DNA from: an uncultured Gemmatimonadales bacterium | GTDB taxonomy: Bacteria; Gemmatimonadota; Gemmatimonadetes; Gemmatimonadales; GWC2-71-9 | Direction: 5' to 3' | Length of the DNA stretch: 64,000 nucleotides | NCBI GenBank assembly: GCA_963730915.1 | Contig: CAVSTR010000003.1 | Coordinates: 192,729 to 256,728, forward strand | In this document: piece after piece, positions 40,185-50,302 of the stretch | Layout of the letters: each line of letters starts with the position of its first letter | Position numbering within the stretch: position 1 is the first letter of the stretch | Notes under the pieces: generated by a model | The model's database searches: none | What the model was told of the DNA's origin: nothing | Seen by the model: the letters and a program-made list of their open reading frames with translations, nothing else | Made by a program: the position numbers and the translations under genes

Positions 40185-40973
40185 TGTGCGTCCGGGTTGT
40201 CGAGAGCATCCCGAAGCGAGCCCAGGAAGCGGCGCGCCGCACGCACGCCATGCTGGCCCAGGATATCCACCAACGCACTTCCCACCACCACCCCGTCGGC
40301 CATCTGGCCCACTGTCCGGGCTTGCTGGGGAGTGGAAATGCCGAATCCGACAGCGACAGGTAGCGAAGTGGCCGCGCGAACCCGGCGAATCGACTCTTCG
40401 AGGTCGCATCGCGAGAGCGCCTCTGGCACCCGTGACACCGAGACGCGCAACGAGGTAGACGAACCCCTGGGCATCGTCAACCGACCGCTGGAGTCGGTCG
40501 GCGCGAGTCGTAGGAGCGACCAGACGCACGAGATCGATACCACTTCGCTGTATCGTCGACTCGAGCGCGGGATCTCCGCCTGCCGGCAGATCCGTGAGGA
40601 TGAGACCTGCTATCTGGAGCTGTTCCGCGTCATGCAGGAATCGATCGATCCCATACTGGAGAATCGGATTGAGATAGCTGAAGATCACGACCGGGGAGGC
40701 CGGCTGCGTGCTGGAGATGAGCTCCAGCGTACCGGCAAGGGTCATCCCCGCACGGAGGGCCTCGAAGGTGGATCGCTGGATGGTGGGGCCGTCGGCGAGG
40801 GGATCGCTGAAGGGAACTCCGACTTCGATGATATCCGCCACCTCGGCAGACGACCGTAGTGCATCGGCGCTGGCTTGCAGGCTGGGGTAGCCGGCAGTGA
40901 GATACGGGATCAGGGCCTTGCGGCCTGAGGCTTTGAGTGTGGCCCACCCCGGCGCGAGCCGGGATTCAGACAA
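40181..40973 (-). CDS. trpA: Tryptophan synthase alpha chain (frameshift near 40410)
   Basis: [26 protein letters not shown] and GVTGAR. The tail [10 protein letters not shown]...[11 protein letters not shown] is in ORF 40181-40543. Confidence 0.95.
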
Positions 40974-42420
40974 AGTAGTCGCCAGGCGTCAGTCCGAATC
41001 GGCTGGGGTTGGTGACCTTGACGATCGAGCGCTTGTATGCGCCGCTTTCGTCCTTCTCCATGAGGCTCACCTGATTGCCTGGCAGGGGCACGGCGGCGCC
41101 GTCGACATCGACAGCGATGCGTACGAGTGGGCGGCTCAGCTGCTGTCCATCTGGGTTCGGAGCCGCCACGATGCCGACCTCGAGCGTGTCCAGGATGACG
41201 CAGGTTCCCACCGGATAGATCCCGATAAGGTTGATCAGAGCCTTGACGACCACTCTATCATATCCGCGTTTCGGATTGTCCCACATCTCCTTCAGCACCT
41301 GGTCCGGCTCGATGGCCGTCGTGTTGTACACCCGCCGGGTGGTGGCAGCGTCGAACCCATCCGCCACCGAGACGATGCGCGAGAACATTCCGAGCGTCCG
41401 GGGCCGGATGGTCTTCGGATAGCCGGTCAGATCCATCTTCATATGATGTTCATGGGCCACGAGAATCGATCGGTATGGGATCTCTTCGTAGGCACGCATA
41501 CCAAAGAGGGTCAGAGCTCCCATCCAGGGGTGCTGCTGGATGAACTTCCACTCGCGGTCCTCCAGGCCACCGGTCTTGTTGAGAATTTCGGCGGGAACCC
41601 TGGCTTTACCCACGTCATGCAACAGCGCGGTCATGCCCAGGTCGTACAACTGTACCTTGGAGAAGCCCAGCTTCTTGCCCAGTGCGACCGAGAAAATGCA
41701 CACGTTCACCGAATGCGTGAATGTGTACTCGTCGTAGTCCCTGACGGTGGTCATCCCCACCATCGACATTTCGTTGTTGAGCACCTGGTCGACGACCAGC
41801 TGGACCGCTCGTTTCACCCGTTTGAGCCGCGGTCCTCGGCCCAGTCGTACCCCGGCGATGACATCCCGGGTTACGGCGACGCCTTCGGAGTACACGCGCT
41901 TTGCCTGGTGGCGCGATTCCTCCGAGCTGCCGCCCTCGGCCTGCGCGCGCTCGAGCTCCAGATGAGTGACCTTGGCTGATTCGAGACGATCCTGAAGCAC
42001 CTCGAGGCGCTCGTCCAGATCTTCACCCTGCTGACTGAGGCTGAGCAGCAAGCTGAGAAAGATCTGCCACTCGCGCCGCTCCATGCCGGATCTGATATGC
42101 AGGACGCCGATGTCAAATGCCCGCAGCATCGCCAGGATGTGGCTGAACGAGGCGTAATTGTCGAGCTCGACGCGAAGACGCGTGGCGTTCACGAAGAGAA
42201 AGTCGCCGGCCGTTCTTATCTCCAGCTCCTTCTCGGTGTGGAGCAGGGCCCGGGCCGACGCATCGAGATCATCCAGCGACTTTTGCACCGTGGCGTTCTC
42301 GACCGGGTACATCTTGAGGCTGCGAAGGACGGTATAGAGTGCCAGCAGCAGCGAGCGGCCGCCCTGGCGCAACTGGCCCTCTGGCTGCCGCGGCGCCTCG
42401 CCGTCCCAGGGCTGCGTCAT
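40966..42420 (-). CDS. HD-GYP domain protein (cyclic dinucleotide phosphodiesterase family)
   Basis: [23 protein letters not shown]...GYP, ADGFDA and GIYPVGT. Confidence 0.9.
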   Translation of the reverse strand: MTQPWDGEAPRQPEGQLRQGGRSLLLALYTVLRSLKMYPVENATVQKSLDDLDASARALLHTEKELEIRTAGDFLFVNATRLRVELDNYASFSHILAMLRAFDIGVLHIRSGMERREWQIFLSLLLSLSQQGEDLDERLEVLQDRLESAKVTHLELERAQAEGGSSEESRHQAKRVYSEGVAVTRDVIAGVRLGRGPRLKRVKRAVQLVVDQVLNNEMSMVGMTTVRDYDEYTFTHSVNVCIFSVALGKKLGFSKVQLYDLGMTALLHDVGKARVPAEILNKTGGLEDREWKFIQQHPWMGALTLFGMRAYEEIPYRSILVAHEHHMKMDLTGYPKTIRPRTLGMFSRIVSVADGFDAATTRRVYNTTAIEPDQVLKEMWDNPKRGYDRVVVKALINLIGIYPVGTCVILDTLEVGIVAAPNPDGQQLSRPLVRIAVDVDGAAVPLPGNQVSLMEKDESGAYKRSIVKVTNPSRFGLTPGDYFV

Positions 42421-44099
42421 GCGGGCGCACCTCTGAGTGCGCGGGTGGCTGCATTGCGCACTACCAGGTCCTTGTCCTCGGCAGCTTTCTGGAGCAGTTC
42501 GCGGGCTTCGGCGGTCTTGATTCGCCCCAAGGCCATAGCGGCACAGGCGCGCGTTTCCGGCGGCTCCTTCATTTTCAACAGCCCCCGTTGCAGCAGAATT
42601 CCGCTGAGCGCCTTGAGCCCACTCGGACCCGCGATAGCGCCGTAGGCCTCGAAGAACGCCATCTTTTCGGTTAGATCCATCGCCTTGGCGATCTTGCCGA
42701 CCACCACACCTTCGATCCGCTTGAGTGCGCCTTTGTACCCGCGGGTGCCCACGGCCCGGACCGCGGCCACTCGGACCTGCCGGTCACTGTCGTCGAGGGC
42801 ACGCTCCAGTAGCGTCATGGCACCTGGCGTTCCCAGAATCCCCAGGGTCTGCACCGCTGCGAGCCTCACCGCCGCGTCACGATGTCCGATGACTTCGGTA
42901 AAGGCGGGTACCGCCTGGTGCAGCTGGAGGCGCCCACACATGGCCACGATTCCTGGTAGCGCCTGCGATTCGGGGCTGCGGAGCAGCCGCTGCACTTCGG
43001 CGGTGTTGTTGCTGGCAAGCTTGTCCACCACCTGCTCGATCATCTTCCGGAGTGGCTCCGAGGAAAGATTCGGCAGCCAGCTGACCAGCGGCTCCAAGGC
43101 GGTGGCGCGAAGCGCAGTGAGGACGTCGGCGGCGTGGGATTCGAGGCCGAGCCCACTGGCCTCGTCAAGCGACTGAAGCAACTGACCCAGGACGTTGCCT
43201 TCGCTGAGTCGCACCACGAATCCGTCGAGCCGGTGTACCTGCTCCATCCGCAGGTTGCTCGCCTTCTCCTTGAGCTGCTTCGTCTCCCGGAGAATCGCCG
43301 CCGCACTTCGGAAATCGCGACTGGTGAGAAGATTGGGAAAGAGCTGCTCCAGAACACCCAGCACTTCGTCCCGTACTCCACCTTCCGGCTGAGTTTCCAT
43401 CAGGTCGAACAGGACGTTCATGGCGCTGCCGCGCACGTCCCGCTTGTACTCGTCTTCGAGCTCGCCGGCCAGATAGCTGATTTCCTGTTCGTCCAGGAAA
43501 TACAGCGTAGAATCGATCTCCTCGAGATCGATCACGCTCTTCGCTTTTGCGGCGGCCTCCTCCGCAATGGCCGCCTTGCGCTCCTCGGCGGACCCGGTCC
43601 CGCCGGCTGGGCCCGACGGGCCGGGAAGCTCACCGCCACCCTCGGCGAAGAAATCGATAAAGTGGTACTTGATACTTTCGAATTCGAGAGCCCAGAGCAG
43701 CGTCAGAAGATCGTCCCCCGCGTCGGTCGCGAGGAAGCGGGCCTTGTTCACCGTCTCCAGAAAACGAGGCAGCTCCTCGTCTTCCGCGCCCCGGTAAATC
43801 GTCAGCTCGCGCATGCCGTCCTTATACAACGTCCACGCGATGCTCTCGCCCTTGTTGATCTGCCGGTAGACCACCTGCTCTTCCCAGATCAGCTCGGTTT
43901 CCGCCACCTTGAGCACCAGCTCCCCGGTAGCCGCCCAGACAGGATTGAGGCTGGCGCGCACGTTCTGAATGGCGCGCTGATAGATGGGGTTGTTCGGCAG
44001 GTACATCTGAAAGGCGCGTAGCGCCTTGGACATTGCCTGGATCAGCTCGGAGACCTGCGAGGCCGGAAGAAGCTGAGTCGAGGCATGCCCGTCGGTCAC
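42417..44099 (-). CDS. HEAT-repeat protein
   Basis: C-terminal [26 protein letters not shown] and [12 protein letters not shown] repeats. Confidence 0.85.
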   Translation of the reverse strand: MTDGHASTQLLPASQVSELIQAMSKALRAFQMYLPNNPIYQRAIQNVRASLNPVWAATGELVLKVAETELIWEEQVVYRQINKGESIAWTLYKDGMRELTIYRGAEDEELPRFLETVNKARFLATDAGDDLLTLLWALEFESIKYHFIDFFAEGGGELPGPSGPAGGTGSAEERKAAIAEEAAAKAKSVIDLEEIDSTLYFLDEQEISYLAGELEDEYKRDVRGSAMNVLFDLMETQPEGGVRDEVLGVLEQLFPNLLTSRDFRSAAAILRETKQLKEKASNLRMEQVHRLDGFVVRLSEGNVLGQLLQSLDEASGLGLESHAADVLTALRATALEPLVSWLPNLSSEPLRKMIEQVVDKLASNNTAEVQRLLRSPESQALPGIVAMCGRLQLHQAVPAFTEVIGHRDAAVRLAAVQTLGILGTPGAMTLLERALDDSDRQVRVAAVRAVGTRGYKGALKRIEGVVVGKIAKAMDLTEKMAFFEAYGAIAGPSGLKALSGILLQRGLLKMKEPPETRACAAMALGRIKTAEARELLQKAAEDKDLVVRNAATRALRGAPA

Positions 44100-45298
44100 T
44101 TGAGGTCTCCCAGCAGATCGGCTACGTGAGCCACGTCTTTGTCCCCACGTCCGCTAAGACAAACGAGAACGGTGTCGGCGGGTGACCACTGCCCTGCCGA
44201 TCGCTGAACCCAGGCAAGAGCGTGAGCCGTTTCGAGCGCTGGGATGATGCCTTCCAGACGGCATAGTGCCTGGAACGAGGCAAGTGCTTCAGCGTCGGTA
44301 GCCGTCGAGTAGGTCACGCGGCCGGTGTCTCTCAGGTGGCTGTGCTCCGGGCCCACGCCAGGGTAGTCCAGCCCTGCAGAGATCGAGTGGGCCGGGGCGA
44401 CCTGCCCGTCAGCATCCTGAAGCAGGTAGCTCAGACTCCCATGCAGAACACCCGGAGTTCCGGCCGTAAGGGTGGCGCTGTGATGCCCGCTGGCAATTCC
44501 TTCGCCCGCGGCTTCGACCCCCACCAGCCGCACCTCGGTGTCATTCAGAAATCCGCTGAATATTCCCATGGCGTTCGAGCCCCCACCCACGCATGCCACC
44601 ACGGTGTGCGGCAACGTGCCGTAGCGAGCGAGCATCTGGTCCCTGGCTTCCCGGCCAATGACGGACTGGAAGTCACGAACCATGCGTGGAAAGGGTTCGG
44701 GTCCAACCACGGACCCAATGATGTAGTGAGTCGTCGGGACGTTGGTCACCCAGTCCCGCAGGGCTTCATTCGTGGCGTCCTTCAAGGTGCGTGTGCCGGA
44801 CTCCACCGGGATGACTGTGGCGCCCAGGAGTTCCATGCGATAGACGTTCAGCCGTTGCCGCCGGACGTCCTCCGCACCCATGTACACCACGCACTCGAGT
44901 CCGAAGCGGGCGCAGACTGTCGCGGTCGCGACCCCATGCTGCCCCGCACCGGTCTCGGCAATGATCCGCCGCTTTCCCATGCGAAGGGCGAGCAGGGCCT
45001 GGCCCACCGTGTTGTTGATCTTGTGAGCACCGGTGTGATTGAGGTCTTCTCGCTTGAGAACTACCCGTGCGCCAACCTCAGCGCTCAACCGAGGTGCTTC
45101 AGAGAGCGGCGATGGCCGGCCGACAAACTCGGTCAGCAGACCCTCGAGCTCCGACCAGAACTTCGCGTCGTTCCTGGCAGCGTCGTAAAGCGCGGTGAGA
45201 TCGTCGAGGGCGGCTATAAGCGTCTCGGGGACGTACCTGCCCCCATACGGCCCAAACCTCCCAACATCGGTCTGCTCAGGTGATTGAACTATGGGCAA
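44096..45298 (-). CDS. trpB: Tryptophan synthase beta chain
   Basis: [41 protein letters not shown] and LSGRGDKD. Confidence 0.97.
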   Translation of the reverse strand: MPIVQSPEQTDVGRFGPYGGRYVPETLIAALDDLTALYDAARNDAKFWSELEGLLTEFVGRPSPLSEAPRLSAEVGARVVLKREDLNHTGAHKINNTVGQALLALRMGKRRIIAETGAGQHGVATATVCARFGLECVVYMGAEDVRRQRLNVYRMELLGATVIPVESGTRTLKDATNEALRDWVTNVPTTHYIIGSVVGPEPFPRMVRDFQSVIGREARDQMLARYGTLPHTVVACVGGGSNAMGIFSGFLNDTEVRLVGVEAAGEGIASGHHSATLTAGTPGVLHGSLSYLLQDADGQVAPAHSISAGLDYPGVGPEHSHLRDTGRVTYSTATDAEALASFQALCRLEGIIPALETAHALAWVQRSAGQWSPADTVLVCLSGRGDKDVAHVADLLGDLK

Positions 45299-45465
45299 CT
45301 ACCGCCTCCGGAAACTGTCTCATTTTGTCGGGGGTTTGGGCTCCGCACTGAGAGAGCCCTTGGACCACTAGCAAAAACGACGCCCAGATACGCCGCTCCG
45401 CCTTCACGCGAGGGCACCGTCTCCGGACCTTGCATGATGCGGCAGAGCTTGATCTTAGCGACCAC
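45276..45465 (-). pseudogene. trpF: trpF remnant with large internal deletion
   Basis: Between trpC and trpB: VVAKIKLCRI...GAAYLGVVFASGPRALSV, then out of frame [18 protein letters not shown]. These are the N- and C-termini of TrpF in 190 bp. Confidence 0.75.
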
Positions 45466-46240
45466 GTCGACGAACGCCGGTGAGCTCCGTGAGGAGCTCG
45501 CCTGGGGCAGCTGCCGCGGAAAGCGCGGTCCCTATCAAGACCGCATCGGCGCCGGCTTCGGCCGCCCGCTCCACATCGGCCTTCCGGGACATTCCGCTCT
45601 CGGCTACCGCCGTGCAGCCCGCCGGCACTGTCGAGATGATTCGTAGGGCCGCCCCGGCGTCGATCGCGAAGGTATCCAGGTCTCGGCTGTTTACCCCTAT
45701 TACGGTAGCCCCCGCGTCCAGCGCGGCGGAGAGTTCTACCGCCGAGTGGACCTCGACAAGAGGCGTCAGCCGCAACTGGTGGGCGAATCGAAGGAGGGAT
45801 TGTAGACGAGACCCCAAGGCTCGCACGATCAGAAGGACGGCGGCCGCACCTGCAGCCCGTGCTTCCACGATCTGAACTTCATCCAGAACGAAATCCTTCA
45901 GCAGAACTGGAACATCGGTTCTGGAGGCGGCCTGCCGAAGATCCTCCACCGATCCCCCAAAAAAGGGACCGTCTGTCAGCACGGAGATGGCTGCCGCTCC
46001 GTGCTCTGCGTAGCGAGCCGCACGCTCACCCGGATCCATATCCTCTCGAATAGACCCTGCCGAGGGCGATCGACGCTTGACCTCCGCGATCACGGCCACG
46101 TTTCGGCTCCGAAGTGCGGCGTCGAAAGCCGGAGGGTCGGCCACGGTCTCCGCCGCCCGGTCGAGGGCTGTCCGACGCTCCCGCAGCTGGCCGAGCCGCC
46201 CCTCGGTTGACCTCAGAATTCGGTCGAGCGTTACCTGCAT
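45455..46240 (-). CDS. trpC: Indole-3-glycerol phosphate synthase
   Basis: IAEVKRRSPSAG, ISVLTD..FFGGS, LLKDF, GVNSRDL and AESG. ATG 46240 has an AAGGA RBS. Confidence 0.96.
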   Translation of the reverse strand: MQVTLDRILRSTEGRLGQLRERRTALDRAAETVADPPAFDAALRSRNVAVIAEVKRRSPSAGSIREDMDPGERAARYAEHGAAAISVLTDGPFFGGSVEDLRQAASRTDVPVLLKDFVLDEVQIVEARAAGAAAVLLIVRALGSRLQSLLRFAHQLRLTPLVEVHSAVELSAALDAGATVIGVNSRDLDTFAIDAGAALRIISTVPAGCTAVAESGMSRKADVERAAEAGADAVLIGTALSAAAAPGELLTELTGVRRRGR

Positions 46241-46241
46241 C

Positions 46242-46288
46242 TTGTCCTTCGGCCGGTATTCGGGTATTGTTATTCGGGCTCTATTCGG
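46242..46288 (+). promoter_or_regulatory. lexA promoter (TTGTCC-N17-TATTGT) with two candidate LexA boxes (TTCGG direct repeats, 11-bp period)
   Basis: CTTC-N7-ATTC at 46247-46261 and ATTC-N7-ATTC at 46272-46286. Confidence 0.6.
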
Positions 46289-46313
46289 TCGTGCACAGAC
46301 ACAGGAGATCCTG

Positions 46314-46922
46314 ATGCCGCTGACCAAGCGTCAAAGCGAGATACTCGGCTATCTGCAGGGCCATATCGGCGAGCAGGGATACGCCCCGAGCTTCGAAGAG
46401 ATTGCCGAGCACTTCGGTTTTCAGTCGCTGGCCACGGTGCATGAACATCTGACCAACCTGGAACGAAAGGGGTACATCCGCCGCTCGTACAACGAGAGCC
46501 GGTCAATCGAGGTTCTTCCGCCCCGGGGAACCTCGGCTGCCACCGAAATTCCTCTGCTCGGACGCGTGGCGGCAGGTACCCCGATCGAGTCCCTCATGCA
46601 CCAGGAAACGATCTCGGTCCCGGATCAGATGCTGCCTCGCCGCGGACCCAACTACGCCCTCAAGGTTCAGGGCACATCCATGATCGACGAACACATCGTG
46701 GATGGAGATATCGTCGTCGTGCATGGCAAGCAGGCGGCCGAGAATGGCGAAATGGTCATCGCGCTGGTCAACGGCAGTGAGGCTACGGTCAAGAAGTTCT
46801 ACCGTGAGGCCGGTGGATGGATTCGGCTACAGCCGGCTAACGCAACCATGCAGCCCATGCGGTTCCAGGAGCGCGACGTCTTGATCCAGGGCGTAGTCGT
46901 CGGAGTTATCCGCAAATACTGA
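46314..46922 (+). CDS. lexA: SOS repressor LexA
   Basis: LTKRQ..IL, PSFEEIA, L..KGYIRR, GRVAAG.P, V.GTSM and ATVKKF. AGGAG RBS. Confidence 0.97.
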   Translation: MPLTKRQSEILGYLQGHIGEQGYAPSFEEIAEHFGFQSLATVHEHLTNLERKGYIRRSYNESRSIEVLPPRGTSAATEIPLLGRVAAGTPIESLMHQETISVPDQMLPRRGPNYALKVQGTSMIDEHIVDGDIVVVHGKQAAENGEMVIALVNGSEATVKKFYREAGGWIRLQPANATMQPMRFQERDVLIQGVVVGVIRKY

Positions 46923-46929
46923 CCGGTCC

Positions 46930-47964
46930 TCACCCCCGAGGAGCGGCCGCTCGCAGTTTGCTCAGTACCTGAGCCGCCGCTCCGGTGTCGAGGCTGGCAG
47001 TCGCGCGAGCTGCGGCTTGCTCGAACGACCAGTCATTCGCCGATATGTAGAGCGCGGCCGCTGCATTCAGCAGCACTGCGCAGCGCGCCACAGCCGAGTC
47101 CTCTCCCTCCAGCAATCGCTCTATGCGCACTGCATTCTGCGCTGGATCACCCCCGGCCAGGCCCTGGAGATTCGGGCAGTCCAAACCGTAAGTGGCCGGG
47201 TCCAGCTCCCATCTCGCCACGTTACCGTCTTCCACTTCCCAGACCAGGGTCGAGTCCACGGGGCTGATTTCGTCCATGCCCACCGAGCCATGAACCACCA
47301 GCGCATGCCTGGTACCCAGAACGGAGAGCGCAGTCGCGATCAGCTCGGCCCGTGAACGGTCCGATACCCCGACCACCTGCCGTAGCACCCCAGCCGGATT
47401 CGCGAGCGGTCCCAACATGTTCATGATGGTGGGGACCCCGAGCTCTTTACGCACCGGTGCCACGTGGCGCATGGCCGGGTGATACCTCGGCGCGAACAGG
47501 AAGGTGATTCCTGTGGCCGCTAGTACCCGCGCTGCGGTTGCGGGGTCGAGATCGATATTGATACCCAAAGCCTCCAATACATCCGCGGAACCGCACTTCG
47601 ACGTGTAACTGCGGTTTCCGTGTTTGGCCACAGAGACACCGGCACCTGCGGCGACGAACGCAGCAGCGGTCGAAACGTTGAGGGTTCCGATCAGCCCGCC
47701 ACCGGTTCCACAGGTGTCCACCAGCAGGTCGGGATCGAGGGTTTCCAGCCTGGTCATGGCACAGCGAAGCGCAAGCGCAGCGCCGGCAACTTCATCCGCG
47801 GTCTCACCCTTGGATCGAAGACCCATCAGCAGCGCCGCGATTTGGACCGGCGATGCCTCTCCTCGCATGATGGTGCCGAACGCCGCCACACTGCTCTCAC
47901 GGTCGAGCGATGTGCCGCTTGCGAGCTGCTGAATAGCCTGAGCCAGCGCGGCGACGGGGGTCAC
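46930..47964 (-). CDS. trpD: Anthranilate phosphoribosyltransferase
   Basis: DTCGTGG, NVSTAA, KHGNRS.TSKCGSAD and LGPLANP. Confidence 0.96.
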   Translation of the reverse strand: MTPVAALAQAIQQLASGTSLDRESSVAAFGTIMRGEASPVQIAALLMGLRSKGETADEVAGAALALRCAMTRLETLDPDLLVDTCGTGGGLIGTLNVSTAAAFVAAGAGVSVAKHGNRSYTSKCGSADVLEALGINIDLDPATAARVLAATGITFLFAPRYHPAMRHVAPVRKELGVPTIMNMLGPLANPAGVLRQVVGVSDRSRAELIATALSVLGTRHALVVHGSVGMDEISPVDSTLVWEVEDGNVARWELDPATYGLDCPNLQGLAGGDPAQNAVRIERLLEGEDSAVARCAVLLNAAAALYISANDWSFEQAAARATASLDTGAAAQVLSKLRAAAPRG

Positions 47965-48011
47965 GAAGCACCGTAGAAGCAGGAAAATTCAGTGAGTGTC
48001 GGAGGGGAAAA

Positions 48012-48050
48012 ATTGTACCCGGAGAAGCAGGCTTTTGTCAATCGTGACAA
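48012..48050 (-). promoter_or_regulatory. Sigma70 promoter for trpD (TTGACA-N18-TACAAT) overlapped by palindrome TTGTCA-N4-TGACAA
   Basis: tgtcaa at 48036-48041, attgta at 48012-48017, inverted repeat at 48035-48050. Confidence 0.55.
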
Positions 48051-48102
48051 GGATTTGCGTAGCTTGCCCGAGGCCCTCATTCGCCGCTAGATTCCGGACC
48101 AG

Positions 48103-48903
48103 ATGAGCCGGACCTTCCTCGCTACGCTCCAGTACGATGGCACCGGCTTTGTCGGTTGGCAGCGCCAACCCGCCGGTCGCTCGGTTCAGGGTGAATTCGA
48201 GCGGGTTCTGGAGCGTCTGTTCGCTCGCCCAACCGTCGTCCATGCCGCCGGCCGTACCGATGCAGGGGTGCACGCCATCGGGCAGGGTGTCAGCTTCAGC
48301 GCTCCGACAGATTGGAGCCACTCCGCACTTCATCGTGCATTGAACGCGCTCCTTCCGCGCGACTGTTGGGTCGCTTCCGTCTATCCGATGCATACGGGCT
48401 TTCACGCTCGCAAGTCGGCGCTTTCGCGGCGATATCGCTACGACATCGGCCTGGATGACGAGGCCGCCTCTCCGTTTCGCTCCCGGTATGAATGGGCACT
48501 TTGCCGTCCGGTAGAGACGGAGCTGCTTCATGCGGCGGCCAAGATCATCAACGGAGAGCACGACTTCCGCGGCTTTGCCGCCAAGACCGACAAGCTTCAC
48601 TACCGTTGCCGCATCCTCTCAGCGAAGTGGATACCGCGGGGCGGCGAGCGGGGTCTCAGCTTCTTCATCGAAGCGGACCGCTTCCTTCAGCGCATGGTAC
48701 GGATGTTGGTCGGAACGATGGTCGACATCGGCCTCATGCGTCGGCCGCTCAGCGATATGGCCGAGCTGCTCGAGAGTCACCACAACCAGAACACCAGCTC
48801 CCCCGCTCCCGGGCAGGGACTCTACTTTGATTGTGTGGCCTATCCGCCCGAGCTGTTCGCGGAATCAGTCGAGACGCATGCTGCCGCCGCCCCTCACGCG
48901 TAA
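48103..48903 (+). CDS. truA: tRNA pseudouridine(38-40) synthase
   Basis: YDGTGF.GWQ.Q, AGRTDAGVHA, FHAR and FL..MVR..VG. Confidence 0.96.
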   Translation: MSRTFLATLQYDGTGFVGWQRQPAGRSVQGEFERVLERLFARPTVVHAAGRTDAGVHAIGQGVSFSAPTDWSHSALHRALNALLPRDCWVASVYPMHTGFHARKSALSRRYRYDIGLDDEAASPFRSRYEWALCRPVETELLHAAAKIINGEHDFRGFAAKTDKLHYRCRILSAKWIPRGGERGLSFFIEADRFLQRMVRMLVGTMVDIGLMRRPLSDMAELLESHHNQNTSSPAPGQGLYFDCVAYPPELFAESVETHAAAAPHA

Positions 48904-50302
48904 CCTGAGCCTTCTGATCATGGTCTCGGCGCTGGCGGGGTGTCGCGCCGACAGTCCTCCGACCTTACACGTATCCAGCTCCGGAGCTCAAACACCAGCC
49001 AGAGTTCAGCAGGCGCAGGCCGCCACGACTGCGTCCAGGAGCACCGCACTCGTCACTGCCGCTGACAGAGTGTCACCTGCCGTCGTGTCGATCAACGTGA
49101 CTTCACGCCGCCAGGCGCCGCGTCGAACTCCTTGGGACTTCTTCTTCGTGCCGCAAGGTGCTCAGGTTGTCCAGGGCTACGGCACCGGGTTCATCGTACG
49201 TCCAGCAGGAATCATTCTTACCAACCAGCACGTGGTCGCCAACGCCGAGCGGGTAGTAGTCACCCTCCCTGACGGCAGCGACCTGCCGGCCACAGTCCTG
49301 GGCGAGGATCCGCTCACCGACGTGGCCGTGCTCAAAGTGGAGCGCAGCGGTCTCCCTACGGTCGCGCTGGGCCGAAGCACCGACCTTATGATCGGCGAAT
49401 GGGTGGTGGCCCTCGGTAATCCGTACGCGTATTTGCTCGGCAACGCGGAGCCATCGGTCTCGGTGGGAGTGGTGAGCGCAACCGGCCGGAACATTCTCCC
49501 GGGAGGAGATCAAACGGGGCTGTACCTGGACATGATTCAGACCGATGCCGCCATCAATCCCGGCAACTCCGGCGGGCCGCTGGCGAACGCATTGGGAGAA
49601 ATCGTGGGCGTCAACTCGTCCATCTTCAGCAACAGCGGCGGCTCAGTAGGTTTGGGATTCGCCATTCCGATCGAGCGTGCCGTTCGGGTCGCTGAAGAGA
49701 TCATCCGCAACGGCTCCGTTCGGCGCGCCTGGGTAGGGCTTGATGTTCAGGGAGCCAGAGCGATGCGCGACTGGAAGAGTCAGGGTGGTGTAGTGGTCGC
49801 CAGTGTTGCGCCCGGCGGGCCCGCCGCTCGAGCCGGTGTTCGTCAAGACGATGTGCTGGTCGAAGCCAATGGACGTCGCCTGCGGAACTATCTCGACTGG
49901 GAAGCAGTGAAGCTGGACCTGCACGTGGGAGATGTGGTTCAGGTCGCGGTACGCAGTGGCAACGCCAGCAGGTCTCGTCGCATCGTCACCGGCGATCTCC
50001 CGACGGTCACCGCCGAGAAGATCACGGTCTTGCAGGATCTCCAGTTGATCAATGTCACGCCCGCCATTCAGGCGGAACGCTCGATCAGAAGTGAGCAGGG
50101 CGCGCTGATATTCCGCCTGTCGCCCGAGGTAAGCCGGGCGACGGGACTACAGGAAGGCGATGTGATTCTCGCAGTGGATCGAACCCAGGTTCGGAACGCC
50201 TCGGAGGTCGCAGGCCTTCTGAATGTGCGACCGGGTCAGGTCATCAGGATTTACGTCGAGCGGGAGGGCCAGGTCACCTTCACCGATCTGATGTTTCGAT
50301 GA
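48878..50302 (+). CDS. HtrA/DegP-family serine protease with two PDZ domains (putative lipoprotein)
   Basis: LAGC lipobox, GTGFI, TNQHVV and IQTDAAINPGNSGGPL. Confidence 0.93.
   Translation: MLPPPLTRNLSLLIMVSALAGCRADSPPTLHVSSSGAQTPARVQQAQAATTASRSTALVTAADRVSPAVVSINVTSRRQAPRRTPWDFFFVPQGAQVVQGYGTGFIVRPAGIILTNQHVVANAERVVVTLPDGSDLPATVLGEDPLTDVAVLKVERSGLPTVALGRSTDLMIGEWVVALGNPYAYLLGNAEPSVSVGVVSATGRNILPGGDQTGLYLDMIQTDAAINPGNSGGPLANALGEIVGVNSSIFSNSGGSVGLGFAIPIERAVRVAEEIIRNGSVRRAWVGLDVQGARAMRDWKSQGGVVVASVAPGGPAARAGVRQDDVLVEANGRRLRNYLDWEAVKLDLHVGDVVQVAVRSGNASRSRRIVTGDLPTVTAEKITVLQDLQLINVTPAIQAERSIRSEQGALIFRLSPEVSRATGLQEGDVILAVDRTQVRNASEVAGLLNVRPGQVIRIYVEREGQVTFTDLMFR

Noticed and set aside
38103-40973. 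956-aa TrpA-chemoreceptor fusion in the ORF track
   Set aside because: Artifact of a frameshift near 40410. The true TrpA C-terminus is in another frame and stops at 40181, overlapping the MCP ATG.
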